Part shown: positions 59,891 to 62,123 of the stretch, piece after piece
Numbering within the stretch: the stretch's first letter is position 1
Layout: every line of letters begins with the position of its first letter
Assembly: GCF_001194135.2 (NCBI RefSeq)
Contig: NC_068996.1
Span: 31,915,412-31,977,534, forward strand
Source: Octopus bimaculoides
Lineage: Eukaryota
DNA length: 62,123 bases
Reading direction: 5' to 3'
Notes under the pieces: model-generated
Databases searched by the model: none
The model's input: the letters and a program-made list of their open reading frames with translations, nothing else
Told to the model about the DNA's origin: nothing
Translations under genes and position numbers: made by a program

Positions 59891-61852
59891 TTAGCCTGGG
59901 TAGATTATATAAAAGCTTTTGATAGTCTACCACATAGCTGGATTAAGAACTGTCTGGAAATGTATAAAATAGCACCTACTCAGCGAAACTTCTTGTCTCC
60001 AAGTATGAAATCATGGAGAACCACACTGACTTTGAACAGTGACAATGAATTTCTAAATGCTGCAGATGTAAGAATTTCATGTGGCATTTTCCAGGGTGAC
60101 TCTCTTTCACCACTCCTGTTTCGCCTAGCCTTATACCTCTCTCGAAATTGTTTGATGATGTACAATGTAGCTAGAAAATGTTTAATAAAAATATAAATCA
60201 TCTGTTTTACATGGGTGATTTAAAGCTATTTGCAAAAAATGACCAAAAACTACAGGGATTACTAGCAATTGTTAAACAGTTCAGTGATGACATCAGGATG
60301 CAATTTGGCCTCGATAAATGTGCAAAATCTACCTTTATCAGAGAAAGAAAATGACAGAAACATTCAATGTTAATCTTGACCAGCAGAATGCCATAAAGGA
60401 GTTAGAACCAGTGGAGAGCTACAAATACCTAGGGGTAATTGAAGAGGACAATATCAAGCATTCAGTGATGAGGGAAAGGATCAGAAGAGAATGTTATCGC
60501 AGGGTGAGAGCAATACTGAAGACAGAGCTGAACGCAAAAAACAGGATCGAAGCAATCAATGCTCTAGCCATACCAGTCGTGACATACAGTTTCAATATTA
60601 TTAACTGGTCAATTACTAAAATATGTAATGTTGACAGAAAAATACGAAAACTGTTGACAATGCATAGAATGTACCACCCAATGCAGATACAGAATGACTT
60701 TACCTGCCAAGAAAAGAGAGTGGCCGTGGACCTTTACAACTGGAATTAACAATGAAGACTGTAACAATTGGACTAAACGCTTACCTGAAAAACTCTGATC
60801 ACTGGATGTTAAAACTCTAACCCTAATTCCAAATACAACAAATCCCAGAATTAGACGTACTGGAAACAAGCATAGTAAAAGGTAAGTGTATGAAAATCCG
60901 TGCTAAAACTGCTGGCTTAGATATTCTTACTGATAAATGGCAAGAAAAACCTCTCAATGGCAAATACCCAAAGAGAGCTAATAATGCCGATGTTGACAAA
61001 GCCTTTACCCATCAATGGTTAGTGTCTTAAAGCAAAAACAGAAGGGTTTATCATAGCATCCCAAGATTTATGCCTACTTGTAAGAAACTACCAGGCCAAC
61101 ATATTAAAGAACGGTAGTAGCCCAACATGTCATATAAACAACAAAATGAAACCATTGATCATGTTGTCTCCATGTGCAATCTTCTTGCGCCTACAGAGTA
61201 TCTCAACAGGCATGATAGAGCAGCACAGTATACTCACTGTGTAATATGCAATATTCTGGACCTGCCCCATGATAAAAACTGGTGGGAACACAAACCACCG
61301 CCAGTGCTTGAAAATGATCACATCGCACTCCTCTTAAACTTCACCATTCAAACTGACAGAAAGATAGATGCGAATAGGCCAGAATTATATTGAAGGACTT
61401 CAGATAAAAACCATGCCTCCTCATTAATATAACTATTCCAATCGACATAAATGTATCTGTGAAGACCTACCAAAAATTGAGCAAGTTTAAAGAACTTGAA
61501 ATAGAAATTAGCAAAATGTGGAACCTCAAGACTAAAACAATACCTGCTGTCATAGGTGCCCTAGGAATGATATCAAAAGGAGTTGATTCCTACTTAGCTC
61601 AGACACTAAAATGGCAGAAATTCAAAGGATAGTGTTAATAGGAACTGCCTATATCCTACATAGAATACTGTCTATGTAATCTCAAATTTTAAAACAAACT
61701 TATTGCTTTCTTATGTTTTTTTAAACATTCTCTAGAAGAATACTATGTGCAGAACCAAATACATGACACCCTAGGCACAAAACCAACTTGAACTTCTTGT
61801 TGAGACTTGAAGTCAACTTGTACAAATAAAAAACAAAAGTTAAACATATAAC

Positions 61853-61910
<58 letters not shown>

Positions 61911-61911
61911 T
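59888..61911 (+). mobile_element. RLE-class (R4/Dong-like) LINE, 5'-truncated, with (TAA)n tail
   Basis: AWVDYIKAFDSLPHSW; GIFQGDSLSPLLF; HLFYMGDLKLFA; FGLDKC; YKYLGV; NAKNRIEAINALAIPVVTYSF; ETIDHVVSMC..EYLNRHD; DANRPE; IPAVIGALGMI; stop near 61679; (TAA)n at 61852-61911. Confidence 0.92.
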
Positions 61912-62123
61912 TAACAACAACAATAATCTTTCCTTTATTGGCCACAAGGGACGAAAAAACAAAAAACGGAAATACAAAAACGGGTAACAAGTGGGGCGTA
62001 GCACACACAAAAACAAATTAACGACAAAATTCAAACAATGAAATTCCTCAGAAGCGGTGAAGTTCCACCTAGATGCCGGAGCTGCAGGCCCACTAGTTTC
62101 TGGTTAATTTTTGCTTCTGACAC

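Overview
AT-rich, microsatellite-dense eukaryotic scaffold with 13 N-gaps. The SINE sequences match my recollection of octopod cephalopod (Octopus-type) SINEs; this is an inference, not a database hit. I find no intact host gene. The window is largely decayed mobile DNA: L1/Tx1-type, RTE-like and RLE (R4/Dong-like) LINE pieces, three Penelope-like (PLE) fragments, an RT-less Ty3/Gypsy element with short LTRs, two Helitron remnants, a Phantom/MULE element with both TIRs and a 9-bp TSD, a mariner 5' end, a Tc2/pogo-like MITE, and many tRNA-derived SINEs. Three observations deserve follow-up. (1) Several sequence-unrelated type I hammerhead-ribozyme-like motifs (4789-4860 +, 29011-29051 -, and a tandem pair at 56443-56505 and 56919-56981 +) sit in or near fold-backs and direct repeats, suggesting PLE pseudo-LTR or retrozyme-like units. 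(2) Two RLE-LINE 3' fragments are each bounded on both sides by (ACAT)n, suggesting microsatellite targeting. (3) A three-copy coding-like relic resembles Mab-21/cGAS-like receptors (tentative). All alignments, folds and translations were done by eye.
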